A stretch of DNA of 47,698 nt, filler included, from Streblomastix strix (GCA_008636045.1; 2 parts of 2 records of this genome joined end to end with filler, not necessarily neighbours in it), one strand, 5' to 3'; shown: positions 27,228 through 39,460, counted from the first letter of the whole stretch. Notes: generated by a model not told the origin, from the sequence alone. Numbers and translations: made by a program.

Positions 27228-30200
27228 TTGATAAATAAGAAAGCGAACCATGACGCAAGCAAGTGGTTAAAACGCGCAGGCATTGTTCTCACACCTTCGC
27301 GATGGAGCTGGTCTCAACACGACACCAAGCTAGCCGCTAATAGACGACAGGGACGCGAACGGGAGCGATACCAACGTATTTGCGAGCGCCGGCGAGATTA
27401 CAGTGACAGACGCTGACGCTGGACCTGCTCTGAGGACGCCGCCGATGCAGGAGATATAATATTTCATCATGAGGTTCATGGAACTGCTAACCGGACGGAA
27501 CGCGTTCGCAATTGATTTTTGGGCGAATCCAATCGCACAAGCGCAGATACGGGACTACAAGGCGCGGACTTTGCACGCACAAGAGGTAACAAGACACGCA
27601 GAAGTACCACCGCACCAAATATTGAATAACGCCGCGAACAGCCGAGTGGACGGCTACATCTAGAATTTGTTGTTTCAAATCCTGATGCTGTACAAGCTGA
27701 CAATACTTTCGATTTAACATGTACTAGAAGGGAACACGAAAGAAACGTTGATTGACCTAGTAGGCATGTGTGCTGCACTATTACGCTTCGCAGAAAGGTC
27801 AACTAACATCCGCATACAGATGAAAGAAGGCGCTTAACGGGCCTAATAATTCGACCCGGGCTACAACGGAGTCATGTCACACGCGATTCAACCATTGCAT
27901 GCGTTGAGATTGATATAGGGACAAGGAAGTTAAGACCTAGTTAACCCGCAAGCAGGCCAATACTCCGCAACTGCGATGGGACCAGGATAATAGATTCCAC
28001 AGCTGGTGACTTTTACACCAACTCAGATCATACATCAATTTTATTCAGGACAACTGATACCAAGACCTTAAGTCTAATAACCTTTCAAGGGATTTGGAAT
28101 GTACCCAGGAATATAGCAATTTTAAGGTTTTCCGTAACCAGGTCTGTTCTAGTAGACCCAACCTTCAGGTTTTGACATATAATTATACAGATAACCTAGT
28201 ATTACCGAGGGCCTACCCCAATTTATGTAGAACCCTCCAACCTTTAGACTACAATAGACTTAACAATCTAATTTGCTAGTTCCACCAGCACCAAGCTCAA
28301 CAGGCCATCCAGCCTTTTAATCGAGCTTCCACAACTAGAACCTTGAATAACCAAGCCAACAACCTACAATTAGACCACCAACACTGAGACAACAACAGAA
28401 CTAAGCGCGAGAACCTGCTTATGTGTATGGAAGTCTACTAGACTCACCAGGAACAGCACTAACAAGAAGAATTGCATAAGACTTACAACCATTATGAAAC
28501 AATGAAATCCTATAAAGATTAGACTAGAGCCAATTCAATCCAGTGGACCCACCAGAACTAACAATAAACCTGAGTTAACAATAACTTAACGCTCATGGAG
28601 ACTTCTTGGCATAAAGAAGCTACACTTTGAGATACATAGGCTTAAGAGCGGATGGAACACACCACAGAGGATTTGGAGAAGGTCTCATGAACGTCAGCGT
28701 ATTCATTTAGAGACATTCCAGACATGAACAGTTATCGATTAATGAATGGAAATCATTCTGGAGAGAGTTAGACACTGATTTATATCTGGACACAGTTCGA
28801 ATGGAATTAGATGAAGATGATAACCACCATCACCACCACGATCACGATCACAACCACGACCGCGACCATAATCATAGACACGACTGAGAACGAAATGATA
28901 GAAATAATTAGTTAGATTTGGGAAGAGGTAGAAAGCGAAGGAGAGTAATTTCAAGTGAAGGTTCAGGTAATGGACAAAACAATGATGATTGGGCTGAAGG
29001 GCTACAACGCGAAGTTCAGAGATAACAACTAAGATAATTCAGGATCTTTCGCAATAGACGAGAATAAGTCATACCTCCAGTTCAGACAATCTCAGGAGCT
29101 CCAACTTATTTACCAGGTCTCCGAGCACTTTAGGAAGAAGCCTTTCGCGTAGCGAACCGAATCTCTCCCAACCTCGATGAAGAAAGAAGTGTTTCCTGGA
29201 CAAGTCCAGAATCAATTAATCAAGAAATAAACACACCAATCCCGAATTTTCGAACAGCCCAACAATTACTTGCATAATAAGATAATTAAGAATAACTTAA
29301 CTAATAGGATAACATATAAATCTAACAATAGATAAATTAACTACAAGAAGTTAATAAAGAAATACAAATCCAATAATAGGATGTCACGATCAATAATACA
29401 CAAAATGAATAGAGACAAGAGATAGAAGTTATAGATTTGGAGTAGAATACATAATAGAGAATAGATAATATTCCAATAAACTAAGAAGGAGATACAAATA
29501 ATGGAAACTAATAATTTACTCAAACAGGTGAAACCCATACACCTTAAACAGAAGCACCTAACAATCCACAACATCAATAAGTAGGATAAAATGATGATTT
29601 AAATAATATGGCAGAACAAAATCGATTTTAACCAACACAAAATTTCCCGGGACTGCATAATCTAACCCACTAAACTTCATTATCAGAGACTGGATCTCTA
29701 AATGAACAACAATAATAGCTATCCTTATCTTTATCGCCATCATCATCATCAATAACATAGATTAACTAAAGTTAATAGCCAAGTTAAAGATAGTCTCTAT
29801 TCGCCACAGATTCCAACAACCAATTTATCAGAGGAATATAATAGTCAAAATACATTCCAATAGAAAAGGCCGTGAATCGTTTACTATTACTTTCAGAAGA
29901 TCCTAAAAGACAAGTTGAAATAAAAGTATATACAAATGAATAAGTCTAATATATAAATAAAATGGAACAAGATAACAAATTCCAAGATATGATGGATAAC
30001 ATGTTGAACAAACTCCAAAACCATTCGGACGAAGATGAAGCCATGAAACTTCGTATGGAGATATTAAACAAACTATCACCTGAAGAACAATAGAAAGTAA
30101 AGGGAGGTTTTGGCCCACAAATGAGATTAACACCATTCTATGAAGCCCATATATAAAGAAGAATAACAGAAGAGAATAAAAACGCGATTCACATTAATGC

Positions 30201-31048
30201 AGGTTGGGACTTTCGTAGTGGAACAGTTGAATAATAAGATGAATATTAGGAAGACTTCTTAAATGAGCCTTAATAACTAGAAATTAGACTACTAGAAAAA
30301 AACAATAAGAAACATAAACATGGGAAACATTAGAGGAGTTAGAAAAAGCAGAGAAACACTCAAGCCTAAACTTAATTTTACTACAATAATTAGGTGTTGG
30401 ACAATCACCTTGGACCATTGTTTAGTTAGATGAACTATCCGGGACCGCCAGGGAGGGCCCCAGACCAGTCACACACAAAACTGAGATCGAGACAACCCAC
30501 CAGTAGAAGGCAATGGATAGTCCCTCCAACATAAACAAACCCACAGAGCTAGATTACACCTAACCCGAACTAGAATTAGAGCTCAATTTTGAATGTTGAT
30601 CTTATGGGAATATTTACAAATCCATTCTCAGTTCCGAAAGGAATATAACATCAATAGAATGCAGGAGAGGCAGCATAGGTTCAGCATGCACCCAGAGATA
30701 CATTTTCAACAAATGGAAATATAAGAAAGGTAGCATCTTCTACAGACAGTATAGTTTCGGGCCAAGTAGGGGTTGCTGGAACAAAACCAATAAATATTTA
30801 GACAGCACCTTCTACATAACTCCAAATAGATCCTATTCGTGAACCCAAAGTTGAGAAGAAAGGAGGAAGGACACCTGTCAGAGGTAAAGCCACAAGCACA
30901 AATACTTCTGTTTTCGCAAACTAGAACCAGATCGAAGACTAGCAGCGCTGACAGCCAGGTGAGAGCCCCCGGACGGTTCCAACTCTTGGGAATTCAGAAT
31001 AAAACAAAGGAGGAGACTCATACATTAGAAATCTTTCCTAGAATCCTA

Positions 31049-33038
31049 ATGGAGGAAACATTACAACCTCAACCAGACACGGGAATGGGGTGAAAAACAA
31101 TTCGTTATCTAGAAGCATGGATGCTGGTAAAAGGAGTGGAATTCATACAAAAAGGGTTTTTCCTTCTGTTCAAAAGCGAGGATAGCGAGAAGAGATTGTA
31201 AGAGAAACTGAGAATTTGTCCGTTCTCGGGTTCAAGAGAAGAGGAAACAGCATACACAGAGAAAGTGGAAGAGGAATTAAGAGAAAACATAATAGAATAA
31301 ATACATCCAGAACAGGCTAAATGGTTTAATCCAACATTTATAATTCCGAAGCCTCATTAGAATTGGAGGAAAATTCTGGATGCGAGCGCACTGAACAAGG
31401 AGATACAAACAATTCATTTTAAGATGAATGGAACAGATCAAGTGAGAGATTTGATAAGGAAAGGAGACTGGGCAACAAGTTTAGATCTAAAATCAGCCTT
31501 TCACCACCTAATAGTATATCCACCACATAGACCATACCTAGCATTCGAAGCAATGGGGAAAGTTTATTAATATAGAGCAATGCCATTCGGAACGCAGCAC
31601 TCCCCAATCTTCTTCGCACAAGCACTAGCAATGGTTCTAACGAAGATACGGAGAGAGTCAGAAATAAGAATTTTGAATTACGTAGACGATCTGCTCCTCC
31701 TACACTAGAACAAAGAAAGATTGCGAGGATAAACCTTGACAATAATGAAGATCTTAGAGACATTTGGATGGACAATAGCTCAGGAAAAGAGCGAAATAGA
31801 ACCAAAACAACAGAATAACTTCTTAGGATGGACCTGGGACTTGAAAAGAATGTACATAAAGATGACAGACTTAAGGAAACAAGAGTTACGTTACTAATTA
31901 AAGAGATTGAACAGCCTGACAGAGAAACAAGTCCCAATTAAGATCAAGTATCCAGCATCGATAATAGGCAAATTGAATTTTTTTAAGAGTCCAAGTAAGA
32001 GAAGCTTCTCTATACCTAAAGCTAATGGATTCAGCAAAGAAAAGAGCATTAAAGAATAAAGAATGGAGAGAGAATATGATTCCACCCAAGGAAATTCTCC
32101 AAGAACTTTATTGGTGGCACGGAGTGATAGTGAGGAATTAAGAGATGACATTAGAAGTGAAGATTCCAGAGGCAGTAATGGTATTGGACGCATCTTCGAA
32201 GGGCTGGGGAGTGACTCTGGAACTACAAACAGGAGATACTTTAGTTCAACATGGAGAATGGAATAAGGAACAGAAGAAGTGGACAAGCAATAAGAAGGAG
32301 ATGGAAGCCATATTCTTAGGTCTATCCCGCTACGGATAAGTCTTTATAGAGCTGCAAATCAATGCGATCCTCATCAGGTCAGATAGCTCTACCGCAGTAT
32401 AAGATTTAGCAAAACAAAGAGCAGGATAAACATTAGTAGCGGAAGTGAAAAAAATAGTTAGGCTATGTCAACAACTGAGAATACAAATACAGACTCAACA
32501 TATTCCGGGAGTTTCAAATAAGATAACAGACACACTAAGCAGGTTGAGCACCCTGGGCGATTATTCAGTAAAGAAAGAGATTTTCACAGCCCTATGCTAA
32601 GCGTGGAAGATAACACCAACAGTGGACTTGTTCGCAACAGAGGAAAACAAACTCGTGGATAGATTCGTGGCAATAAGAGAGGAAGCGGAAGGGGCAGAGT
32701 GGTTGAACGCATTTTCTAGACCATGGAAGGAAGAGATCTTTTGGATCCACCCACCAATTCCGAAGATTGGAAAAGCCCTGATCGCTTGGGAGAAGTTCAA
32801 ACCCAAGTCAATCATGATAGCACCTTGGTGGCCAGGTCAGATATGGTTCACGTCCTTACTAACAGACAGCAGCAGATACCTTATTCTTGGAGAGAGCTCT
32901 CTGATTCTGAATTCTGGGAAGGAGATGTTCAGGAAGAAGGACATGTTACCACCAGGAAAAATTGCGGCATTCCTCATGGACCAAGAGTTTATCGAGGAAG
33001 GAGAATATTAACAGAATTTTTAGATAATATAAACATGA
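31049..33038 (+). pseudogene. DIRS pol: reverse transcriptase + RNase H + DNA N6-adenine methyltransferase-like (MT) domain
   Basis: RT: WFNPTFIIPKPHQNWRKILDASALN, HFKM, SLDLKSAFHH, YQYRAMPFG, YVDD, FLGW. RNase H: DASSKGWG, NKKEMEA, SDSSTAV, HIPGVSNKITDTLSR. MT: VDLFATEEN, NAFSRPW, HPPI, APWWPGQIWF. Disrupted by TGA 31091 (MG*K, within the GG-like motif) and a poly-T frameshift at 31978-31984. Confidence 0.93.
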
Positions 33039-34003
33039 CCAAAGAAACCCAAAAGATGATAATAGAGGGATAGAAATTCAACACTTAAAAGAAATATTTA
33101 TAAACAATGGGAGTGTTTGAAGATTGGATGAAAGAAAATAATTACACAGTCTAAGATATAATGAACTAAAAGATACCATTCAAACACACTGAATTCATGA
33201 CTTGGCTAACTAGAACAAGAAAAACAATGCCATCATCAGCAACGCACCACGCATCAATACTCAACACAATGCTTTCTCTCATATTTGGTACAGTACAGGT
33301 CTCCACAACTGTGTAGAGACTCACCACACACGCAATTTCTAATCATTAGATTAACAATCCAAGATATGGGAGCACCTGGGACATTAACCAATTATTCGAT
33401 CATTGGAGAGAGAGACCAGAAAGCAATCTCCTCTCAAATGAAGAACTTCAAACAAAACTAGCTTCACTATTAATGTCGTTATGCTTTGTAAGAATGGAAG
33501 AGATGGCAAACATAGATCTATCAGTATCGATCATCGATGATTAAGAACAGAGAGCAGCAGTTTGCATTCCACCCAAACAATCTGTCGAGAGAGAAAGATA
33601 TGATATAAGAAAGACAGAGGAACCTAAAGTGCGTCCAACAGAAACCTTCTTTGTATGGTTAACAAGGCTTAGAGAACATTTCTAATAGAGTCCAACGAAC
33701 TTCATACACTTATTCTGGACTGAGAATTGGAAGCGAGCAGACCAAAGATACATCAGCACGCGCCTTGAAAGATTTGTTTAGACACTTGGAATACAAAATA
33801 CAACTGCAAACTCTATCAGACATGCATCTTCTACAGAACTAGCAGCACAGGGTTTTGATGGGAGGACAATAAATTGTTTCACGCATCATACACCAGACTC
33901 AAAGATGAACAACAAGTTCTATGTCTTCGCTGTGAACAAGGAACAGGATTCTATAGCATCTGCACTCGTAAAGAATCACGGCATGAAGCAAGCTACTTAG
34001 ATT

Positions 34004-34115
34004 ATCTCAAAATAAAGGGGTGATGCAAGAGTCTCCGACGGAGATGGACTACAATAATCTCCGTAAGGAGATGATTTGTAGTTATCTCCATAGGAGACTC
34101 TTGCTTCACCTCTTT
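34004..34115 (+). repeat. Internal complementary region (ICR) of the DIRS element
   Basis: 34004-34076 is the reverse complement of the left end (27093-27165). 34075-34115 is the reverse complement of the right end (34633-34673). The halves join at gagatgaTTTgtagtt. Confidence 0.95.
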
Positions 34116-34560
34116 CCCTCCCGATCATTTCGTCCCAACACATCGTTGAAGCAGAGTCTCCGAACGATCACGAGAGTGCAAAAGCCTAGAATTCGCAAAT
34201 GTAGAAGGATGATCAAGATGTCAAACCACAAGAAGAAGCTTAGAACTCAAGTATGACAAAGGATTCTGATCGAGCGACAACTGCTGGGGCTTAGAAATGA
34301 TGAATGAGAAGTTATGAATGAGAATGCGTCAGTGTGAGGTTTTTTTTATAAATATCATACACAATTTTAGAACAAATTTCTCTTTTCCTCACTCCTAAAA
34401 GATGAAACTAAGGGGAAGAGGTTTCCCTTTTAATTTTTTACCCTCTCATCACTCGATTACTTTTGTTGATCACCTCGCCTGGGACCTTTTTAGTCACAGA
34501 AAACCAGTATTGGCACTTCAGGCAGTAATTTTTAACGCTTTCTTTATTGTATTTTTATAC

Positions 34561-34673
34561 ATGGCCGACCCATAGGGATGGGCAGCTCAACGGAGCACCC
34601 AGTCCCAGCGGCCCATTTGGCAATCTCAAAATAAAGAGGTGAAGCAAGAGTCTCCTATGGAGATAACTACAAA
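34561..34673 (-). repeat. Right inverted terminal repeat of the DIRS element
   Basis: atggccgacccatagggatgggcagctcaacggagcacccagt..cagcggcccatttggcaatctcaaaataaag.ggtga.gcaagagtctcc..ggagat..actacaa is the reverse complement of the left terminus with a few differences. Confidence 0.93.
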
Positions 34674-35372
34674 AAAGTTATAAAAAGAAGGTTAATGATT
34701 AAATATTAAAATAAAGATTAAATTTGAAATGTGTGGAATAGTTGATGTAAAATTAAAATATTTATTCTAAGATACTTAAGCTTGAACATAATGCTTTACT
34801 AATTCCAAGTTTGGAATCCATTTTTTTTCTAAAACTTAAATATAAATTTACTTCATTAAGAACTTTTTCAATCATCATTTTATATAATTTATTTAATTAA
34901 AAATTCAATATCTTTTTTAAAGTTTCCATATGATACTAATTTATAATTTTATAAAAATTGATTGAATAACAAAACAGTAACTTAACTGAATATATGCTGT
35001 CTAAACCATTTAATCTATATAACAATTTCTCAATTTTTTTTAATTATTTCAATTTATTATCGGTTCTAAATTGCTCGTTCAAAATATTTCACATAATTTT
35101 GCTTTTTACAAATGATACAAAGAACAGAATATAATTTTAATAACTATTTATACAACTTCAATAGATGATACACTTACTTTTTTACAAATCACGTCAATTA
35201 TTTCTCGCTATATTTCCAATTTTAAGAAAAAATATTTTCTTTACAAAACGCTTTACTCCGCCATTCCTATCTATTTGGCACATATAATTTCTTACTTCAT
35301 ATTATTATTTTTATAATTATCATTTTATTTTTTACTTATTCTATTTTATTAATACATAAGAATCAGAATATA
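34674..35372 (+). repeat. Upstream spacer of tandem copy 2, duplicated at 38758-39460
   Basis: Near-identical blocks (aagtttccatatgatactaatttataatttt; tatcggttctaaattgctcgttcaaaatatttcac; aaatcacgtcaattatttctcgctat; taatacataagaatcagaatataATG). Confidence 0.9.
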
Positions 35373-36052
35373 ATGCAGTCAAAATATGAAATCAAGAGAA
35401 TAGTGAGAGCCATAATTTCATTTACTGAATCAAACACAAAGAACAAGCAAGAAAAAAAAATGAATAATCAGATTCGGAATCAACATCTTCACTTATGGAT
35501 ATGGTTTCAATTCTAGAATCCCTTAAAGAACAAATCCAATATAATAATGGATGTAAATTAGTGATTTAGATTCCGAAGCTACTACAATCACTCATTTCAC
35601 TTGTCACTTTCAGACTAGGGACTCACTTAAATGAATAAACAGATCTGTTGAGATTATAAGTGAGACATTGGAGTAAATGGTGTCTTTGGTATATTCAAGG
35701 CTATGGAGATGAATAAGACCAATCAGAACTTGTAAATGTTGGATATGGAAGAGTGATGACCCTTTCATTCTGCACAGCTGGAGGTGTTGGTGAAGAAAAA
35801 GATGTGGAGATCTGGAATGGATTATATTACATCTACGATTTCCTCAGATAACTACATGAAGGGAGAACTTGGTTAACATCCTTCCAACCACTTCCATTAC
35901 TTGCACGAGTGTCATTAGAGTAAATTGAAGAAGAAGGAGCAATAGAAGAAATAGAAGCGTAAATTAATAATAATGGATATTATGAAAATATCAAGTAATA
36001 TGCAAACGAGGCAAAAGCAACGATATTGAACCGCTTCATTCACAGGCGCTGA
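35373..36052 (+). pseudogene. Tandem-family copy 2, with an apparent 1-nt deletion in a poly-A run (pseudogene or sequencing error)
   Basis: The ATG frame (35373) differs from the frame of the conserved body and stop (TGA 36050-36052). The shift maps to gaaaaaaaaat at 35451-35461. Confidence 0.75.
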
Positions 36053-36689
36053 ATGTGATCAGTTTTGCATGTTAAGTTCTTTCTATTTTTCATTTTTGAA
36101 CAACAGTTATTCATTTCGTACTAATTAATAGTTTCTGTTTATTGAGTTACTTAATTATAATATAAATAAACTGTTGTAATAATCAAATGATTGTGAAAAA
36201 ATAGAAAATTCTTACATTCAACTGCTATTATCGAATTCTTCGGTTTTATCTTCAGCATTTGATTTGAAATTCTGTTATTTAAGCATGCTTATAACAGCTC
36301 AAATATATAATTAATCAACACTAGTTTATGACTATATCGTTATGCATTGAAGGAGTAAAATTATAATTTATGTTTGAATTATTTTAGATTATTTAAAGAT
36401 TTTGATTAATTATTTTATAATTAATATTGATTTGATAAAGGTTGTTTTTTCTGAATTATTTTCTAAATTAAATATTTATAATCATCATAATGACTTTAAG
36501 AAGTGTTATTGTCATTCAATTATACTTATAAATAATTATATTATAGTGCAAATCTGATTTTGAATATCCTTAAGCATCTATTTCATGCTATTATTTATCA
36601 TTAATATAAATTAAAGTCAGAACTAATACTTCATTCGTTCCAATCTCTTTCTTTTATTAATTTAAATTATTATATATAATAGTTATAAA

Positions 36690-38460
36690 TAAAATATAAA
36701 TATTTAATTCTAATGCATGATCTCATATCTAATATGTTTAATGCTGGTAATGAAGATGTGTTTGTTTATTGATTGAATTACAATCTGTCTCGATTTTCAG
36801 ATTCAGATCATCTAAATGTATCAATTGGTAGTGTTATTAGTGGTTGGAGTGTGATATCAAATAGTCGAGAGTTGTTTAATTTATTATTATTTGAATTATT
36901 GTCTCTTCTTAGTGTTTCTATGAATAGAGTTGGTGCATATGCGAATGAAAGAATAAATTGTCGATATGTCATCGCTTCCATTCGAGTTTAGACTCAGATG
37001 ATCTGAATGTTACTAAGTCAAATATGGATAGAAAACTTGTCTTTGTGGAGCAGAAGCCAAATACAATGATTATAAAGAAAGACTTTGAATGCTTCTTTCT
37101 TCATTCAAACCTCCCATACCAAACAATTATGGTGTAAATTGAACTCTGGATTGAATAGATTTAGAGTTCTAAGTAGATTCATGAGATGAAATATATAATA
37201 TTATTAATTATATTGTTGTATATAATTATTGTTTTGATTCTATTTAATTTTGATGTAATTTATTATATTCTTCATCTTTTTTCATTTCTCTTTTTCTTCA
37301 TTTTTTTCTCCAAGATTCTTAAGTTTTTATTCTTATTCTTATTTTATCTGATTTTCTTATTCATTTCTTCAATGATAATGTTCTTCTATTTTACAAATTA
37401 TATTTTATACATCTTTTATTGTTTCTGAATCATTAAAATAAATTTATTTAGAATTTTTTATCAGAATATTTAGGTTTTTTATCTTTTTTTATAATAGTTC
37501 CAAAATTATTTCAAATAATGTTTTTAGTTATTTAAATAGTCACTTTTCATTTTTTAGTCTCTATATTTTTTATTATATTGATTATACTTTGCTTCTAAAT
37601 ATAAAGAAAATGAAAATGTTTCTGATGCTTGAGAAAGTCCAATTGATTATGCATTAATTGTTAATATAACTGTATGATTATAGATATTTCTTTTTGCATT
37701 CTATTTATCTTTATTTATTTTGTTAATAACAATTATTAATAAATATTTCAATATCATCGCTGTTCTACCTATAATGAAGTAATGAAATTGGAATTGTAGG
37801 AGGTGTTGGTGATTCTTCTCATTTTGTTTATAATTGTTCAATGAAAGATTTATTTTATTCATTTTATTCATTCAGTTTTGGATATTCATCTTCATCTGCG
37901 AGTTCTGTTTCTTCTGAAATTGAATTAAGAATTAATAGTAGATCTTTGTTTGATAACAGTTATTGGTTATTGAATGATGAAGTTGAATATGACTTAGAAA
38001 TTGATAAGGAATGTATTATTTGATTAAATTTTCTTTGTTTCTATTAGTTAAATTCATTTGAATTCTTTTTCCTCCAATACGATTTTTTATTAATATAGTA
38101 TTTCCTACAACTATTATATTTATCTCATTTCTTATTTCATTTCTCAGGTTTTGATTCAAACTGATTTAATCCTCGAATATGAAACTATCATGGTTTGCTA
38201 GTAGATCCACTATGTGTTGATGATGTGCATTCAATCAGTGATGAGCATTATTGAAGATTTAATCAAGAAGAGCAAATTTCAATATTTCAATGATTCATTA
38301 AAGAGATTTAATAGTGTTGGATATAGCTATGATGAATCAAAAGGTGTAAAATTAGTCTGATTTAATTATTATGATGTTGTTAATGCAGATGAGCTCAAAT
38401 AAAGTACAGAGAATCCAAACCATAGAGATTAGTCTGGTGATTAGAAAGAATTTATAGAAA
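36690..38460 (-). pseudogene. Degenerate coding-like sequence in the array spacer (unidentified)
   Basis: The minus strand reads as protein-like stretches (RVQFTPQLFGMGGLNEERSIQSLSLQSLYLASAPQRQVFYPYL; QFILSFAYAPTLFIETLRR; SPDQSLWFGFSVLYLSS) broken by TGA and frameshifts. A partly deleted copy is at 26240-26800. Confidence 0.4.
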
Positions 38461-39460
38461 TAATTAAATTATTTGTTGTATCTGTTTATAAAATTAACTG
38501 ATATTTAATGCTAAACGTTAAAATTGATTACTTTTGATTACATAGTTGATGATAGAACAATTTATAATTATTATTAAGATTTTATTCCTAAATTTAAATA
38601 TTGTTTAAATTAAATTGGAAAATATCTTTCTGTCTAAGATTTATTTTCTGGTTTTATTTCAACATTTACTGTTCATTTTTGCTTCTTATAAAAAAAATAT
38701 AAAAAAAATGTTAAGGAACATTTTTAAATTATAAAAATTAAAAGAATTTTAAAAATAAATTATAAAATGATGGTTAAGGATTAAATATTAAAATAAGGAT
38801 AAAATTTGAAATGAGTGGAATAATTGTAGTAAAATTAAAATATTTATTCTAAGATTCACACCGAAGCTTGAACCAAATGCTTTTTTAATTCAAAGTTTGG
38901 AATCCAATTTTATCAAAAATTCAATTTTGAATTTACTTCATTAAGAACTTTTTCAATCATCAATTTATATAATTTATCTAATTAAAAATTCAATATCATT
39001 TTAAAAGTTTCCATATGATACTAATTTATAATTTTATAAAAACTGAATGAATAACAAAACAGTAACTTAAATGAATATATGCTGTCTAAACCATTTAATC
39101 TATATAACAATTTCTCAATTTTTTTTAATTATTTCAATTTATTATCGGTTCTAAATTGCTCGTTCAAAATATTTCACATAATTTTGCTTTTTACAAATGA
39201 TGCAGAATACTGAATATAATTTTAACAACTTTTTATACAACTTCAATAGATGATACACTTACTTTTTTGCAAATCACGTCAATTATTTCTCGCTATATTT
39301 CCAATTTTAAGAAAAAATATTTTCTTTTCAAAACGCTTTTCTCCGCCATTCCTACCTATTTTGTGCATATAATTTCCTTCTTTTTTTTTCTTATGTTTAT
39401 ATTTATCATATTATTTTTTAACTTATTCTATTTTTATTAATACATAAGAATCAGAATATA

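Larger units (their letters stand above)
27250..34300 (+). pseudogene. Long Gag-like / Q-rich linker / tyrosine recombinase reading frame of the DIRS element
   Basis: ATG 27250 (MTQASGQNAQALFSHLR). The frame runs to TGA 34298-34300, interrupted by TGA at 28495, 28885 and 30949 and by a +1 T at ~31980. C-terminal YR: RYGSTWDINQL, KLASLLMSLCFVRMEE (Arg), PPKQ (Lys), ANSIRHASST, FTHH, KFY (Tyr). Confidence 0.8.
27093..34673 (+). mobile_element. DIRS1-group tyrosine-recombinase (YR) retrotransposon, structurally complete but carrying disabling mutations
   Basis: Non-identical inverted termini (27093-27227 and 34561-34673), an internal complementary region, RT/RNaseH/MT and YR domains, higher GC than the flanks, no long target-site duplication, and an empty paralogous site at ~38745-38770. 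Confidence 0.95.

Noticed and set aside
27093..34673. LTR retrotransposon, Ngaro/PAT-type element, prophage integrase or bacterial retron/DGR
   Set aside because: The termini are inverted with an ICR (not direct or split-direct repeats), there is no protease or DDE integrase, and the element uses the host's reassigned code.
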